Shown here: one piece after another, positions 60,931 to 64,000 of the stretch
How the letters are laid out: each line of letters opens with the position of its first letter
Numbering within the stretch: position 1 is the first letter of the stretch
Assembly: GCF_048593235.1 (NCBI RefSeq)
Contig: NC_133617.1
Span: 52,227,767 to 52,291,766, forward strand
Source: Sminthopsis crassicaudata
Taxonomy: Eukaryota
Direction of reading: 5' to 3'
DNA length: 64,000 bases
Made by a program: the position numbers and the translations under genes
Notes under the pieces: generated by a model
What the model saw: only the letters and a program-made list of their open reading frames with translations
Told to the model about the DNA's origin: nothing
Database searches by the model: none

Positions 60931-62699
60931 TAACTCCCCCTCAGACTTCAGGGTCACTGCAGGCCCTTTAGCCGGCTCTCCTTTATCTAGGCTTCCCTGG
61001 GATGGAGAACTGAAACTCCACCCTCCTGCAACCTTAATAGCACTGAATCCTGTCTCCCTTCTCAGTTTCCTGTATGTCACTATCAACTCCCTCCAGAATG
61101 CCGGGACTCCTCCTCTGGGAGAGGGCCCACAAGAGCCTGGATTCCATCTCCCTGGAGATCCCAATCTCCTGATGGTCTCTGGGCCTCGGGCTCCCCATCT
61201 GTAAAATGTCCTGTTGGACAAGAAGGCCTCCGAAATCCCATCTATCTCCAATCCTGTGTTCCAATGATCTTTCCAACTTCCTTCCCTCCATGGGTATTTT
61301 TAGACTGAACTGGGGTAATTGGGGCCTCTCCAGTTTTATTTGGTTGTGTCTCTCCCCCCCCCCACCAGAATTCTGTGCCTTTCTTCCTTCCTGTTGCTGC
61401 TTAATGTTTTTCTTTGCTTCTTTAATTTTTAACAAATTTATTTAGCAACTGTGCCTTGCAATCTGAGGCCCTGCCCCTCTTGGGCTCACAGCCTCAGGGG
61501 AGGAGAAACCCAATACAAGAGAGATAAAATGGGCTACAAGTTAAGGAAGAGTGGTCTGCTGGAAAGACAGATGGGTTCAGATGTAAAACTGGGTAAGCCC
61601 CATCGAGGCTACTGCTTAACTATGACTGTGTGCCAGTCACCTACCTTATCTGAGCCCCCATTACTGAGTCATATCCCAGTCCCATAATCCATATCCCAGA
61701 TGAGATGATGTATAGAAAGCACATTACAAAACCCAAAGGGTTCCACACATAGGAACGCCAGCTATTAAAGTAGAAGTCACCTGAGTCCCAATAAAGAGGA
61801 GGTTTCCCATGTGGATTATAACTGGGGCCCCTGCCTCCACACACCTTCAAATTCATTCGTTTTTTCTGCTCCCCTAGAGCTACGACTTTTTTTTCCCCCT
61901 CCTTACAGATTATTAATACTATTCTTTTTTTCCCCCCTGACAAGCAAAATGCTTTGGGGAAAAGAGCTTCAGAAGGGACCCATAAGGAAAGTTTACAGTC
62001 TTATGGTACACGTGGCAAAGAACAATGGACTTGAACCTATAGGATCTGGATTCAAATCCTGATTCTGCCACTTACTGCCTGTGTCATCTTAGATACGTCA
62101 CTTCTGAGGTTAGTGTAGATCCTTTCCCTACGGAAGGCCTGATCAGAATCCCTCAGTGAGATCACTGTGAACTGTGGCAGGACAGACAGGAGAGCTTTCT
62201 CTTCTGGGGACAGTCTGTCCCATCTCTCTCACAGGGTTGTTGTGAGCACATTAAACCTAACAAAGGCTACATTTTGAGGATATGTGGTGGGCATTGGAAA
62301 GTGCTAGCCACTATCTCCAAAGAAAGTTTATACTGGGCAGAACTTCCCATCACTTTTTAATGGGTTTTGATGAAATCTGGTCCGTGGGCAGAGGTTACAG
62401 AGATGTGTGATTGCATCAAGGGAAACCCACGGTTCACAGAAGTCTCGAGTTTTAATTTGTTTACAAGGGGTATTTTTAATTTTCCACAGTATGGTTTTTT
62501 GATGAGGATGACTTTAAATTTGCCCTTCATGTTTGCCTTCCCTGGTCTCCTTGTGACTCTCTCTTGAAATCGGGTTCTTGTCCTGATTTCATCCTTAACA
62601 GGCTTGAGTAAATCAGTGGCCTTCTCTGACCCTCAGCTTTCCCCTCCGTGAAAGGAGCACATTCATAAAGGATCGCCAACGTCCTTTTGGCTTTGAATC

Positions 62700-63990
62700 A
62701 TAATAACTAGTCTGAGGTATCTGGAATGGAATAAATCTCTCTCCCTCTCCCTTCATATCCAACCCATTGCTAATTTTTTGTCTAGTCTACCCACGCGATA
62801 TATCTCCCATCTGTCCTCTTCCCTCAGTCACTGCCCTAATTCACACTCGTCACCTTACCAAGGACGCCAAAATCTATCGTGTATGTTCCGTACTCTGGGA
62901 TGCCACCCAGCTCTGACCAAATTAGTTAACTAAATATACGTGCATTCCAACAGGAAAATATAGCAACTCAAAATGATAAATTGAGGAGACCCCTCAACAC
63001 CCATTATATCTAGCTCAGTTTCCACCTCCAAACCCCATCCATAAAAAAATCTTCGTTTGATCTTTCTATCCCGTCCAGATATAGCTTTGTCATCTGGCTT
63101 ATAATGCTATCAGTGTAAACTGCGGTCTCTCCAAAGTCCCTGAATGATCGCTTCTTTGTTGAATTGGAAGGCTGCTCTTCAAGCCTCCTTCTAATGGTCC
63201 TTCCCGCAGTCACTGACTCCAGGGACCACCCCCTCCTCCTTGGCTTTCTGGGCTCCCATTGGCTGGACGATCTCCCTCGCCCCACCCCTTGCGTGGAGGT
63301 GTCCTCTCTCTGCACAGTTCCCCGGACAGTTATCACCTTTACACTGGAGACTCCAAGGTCTTGATAGACTTACTCTTCTTCCTAAGTATCACCATCAGTT
63401 TATTAGCCAGATCCAGCTGGATCGGATCAGAGAATTAGCAGCAGAAGGGACTTCCAGGGACCTCCTCGTTTTACAGAAGAAGAAACAGATTCTAAGAGTG
63501 GTCAGAGTTCCTAAGTGCCAGCGGTGAGAAGTGAGGCAAGGTGTTGCTGAGTCCGAGTCCTGAACTCGTCCAAAGGAGACTCATTAAGTTTCTCCCCACC
63601 CCACCCCCAACACTTCCCTCTATCTGATTTTCCCACTTCCTTCCCCTCACTCTGGTTCACATCCTCGGAGTCCTCTCCCCCGCCTCTCCACACCCCCCAT
63701 TACTTGCTAACTCTTGTCTAGCCACCTATCACCTGCCACCAGGCTTCCCCATTAAACACCCGGACTGTGCCCAAAGCCTCCAGGTCATCCCTCACTAGTT
63801 GACATGTAGAGATCCTAATAAAATAGGTAAGATGAAGTCACTCCTCTCCTCAAGAAGCTAGAAGGGCTCCCAAATGTCTGGAGCATTAAATACAAACTGC
63901 TCCGTGTGGCTCTTAAATCTGGCTGCCCCCTCCATCTCTAGGCTTATTGTCTCTGATGCTCCATTTCTAATCCACATAGCTTTGCAGAAG
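62700..63990 (+). mobile_element. L2 remnants interrupted by a MIR (~63385-63560)
   Basis: L2 ORF2-like tctccaaagtccctgaatgatc...gaccaccccctcctcctt; 3' atctggctgccccc. Confidence 0.6.
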
Positions 63991-64000
63991 CCGACCACCT

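Overview
Eukaryotic DNA from a marsupial, probably a dasyurid (WSINE1/MAR1-type CORE-SINEs, marsupial L1 3' ends, L2 and L3/CR1 fossils). The window carries the gene order known from human 19p13.11: CERS1 (-), COPE (-), DDX49 (+), HOMER3 (-). I reconstructed the exons by hand from splice sites and translation. CERS1 has coding exons 1-5 here (294 codons); its 3' exons and the bicistronic GDF1 lie off the left edge. COPE is complete (10 exons, 310 aa), DDX49 is complete (13 exons, 513 aa) and HOMER3 is complete (9 coding exons, 358 aa, plus a probable non-coding first exon). All four reading frames are intact with GT-AG introns. The rest is mostly retroposon fossils. I see no convincing new gene or novel enzymatic system, and most of the ORF track is noise. 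The best leads are: (1) a ~44-copy 33-bp minisatellite filling CERS1 intron 3 right up to its branch point, apparently grown from a MIR3/L3 3' tail, with near-identical solo units 28 kb and 52 kb away; (2) a Gln/Lys-rich C-terminal tail on DDX49; (3) a (GGA)13 tract abutting the DDX49 start codon inside the 311-bp COPE/DDX49 bidirectional promoter; (4) a perfect CLEAR palindrome in CERS1 intron 1. Protein and repeat-family names rest on recalled sequences, not database searches. Boundaries of old repeats are approximate.
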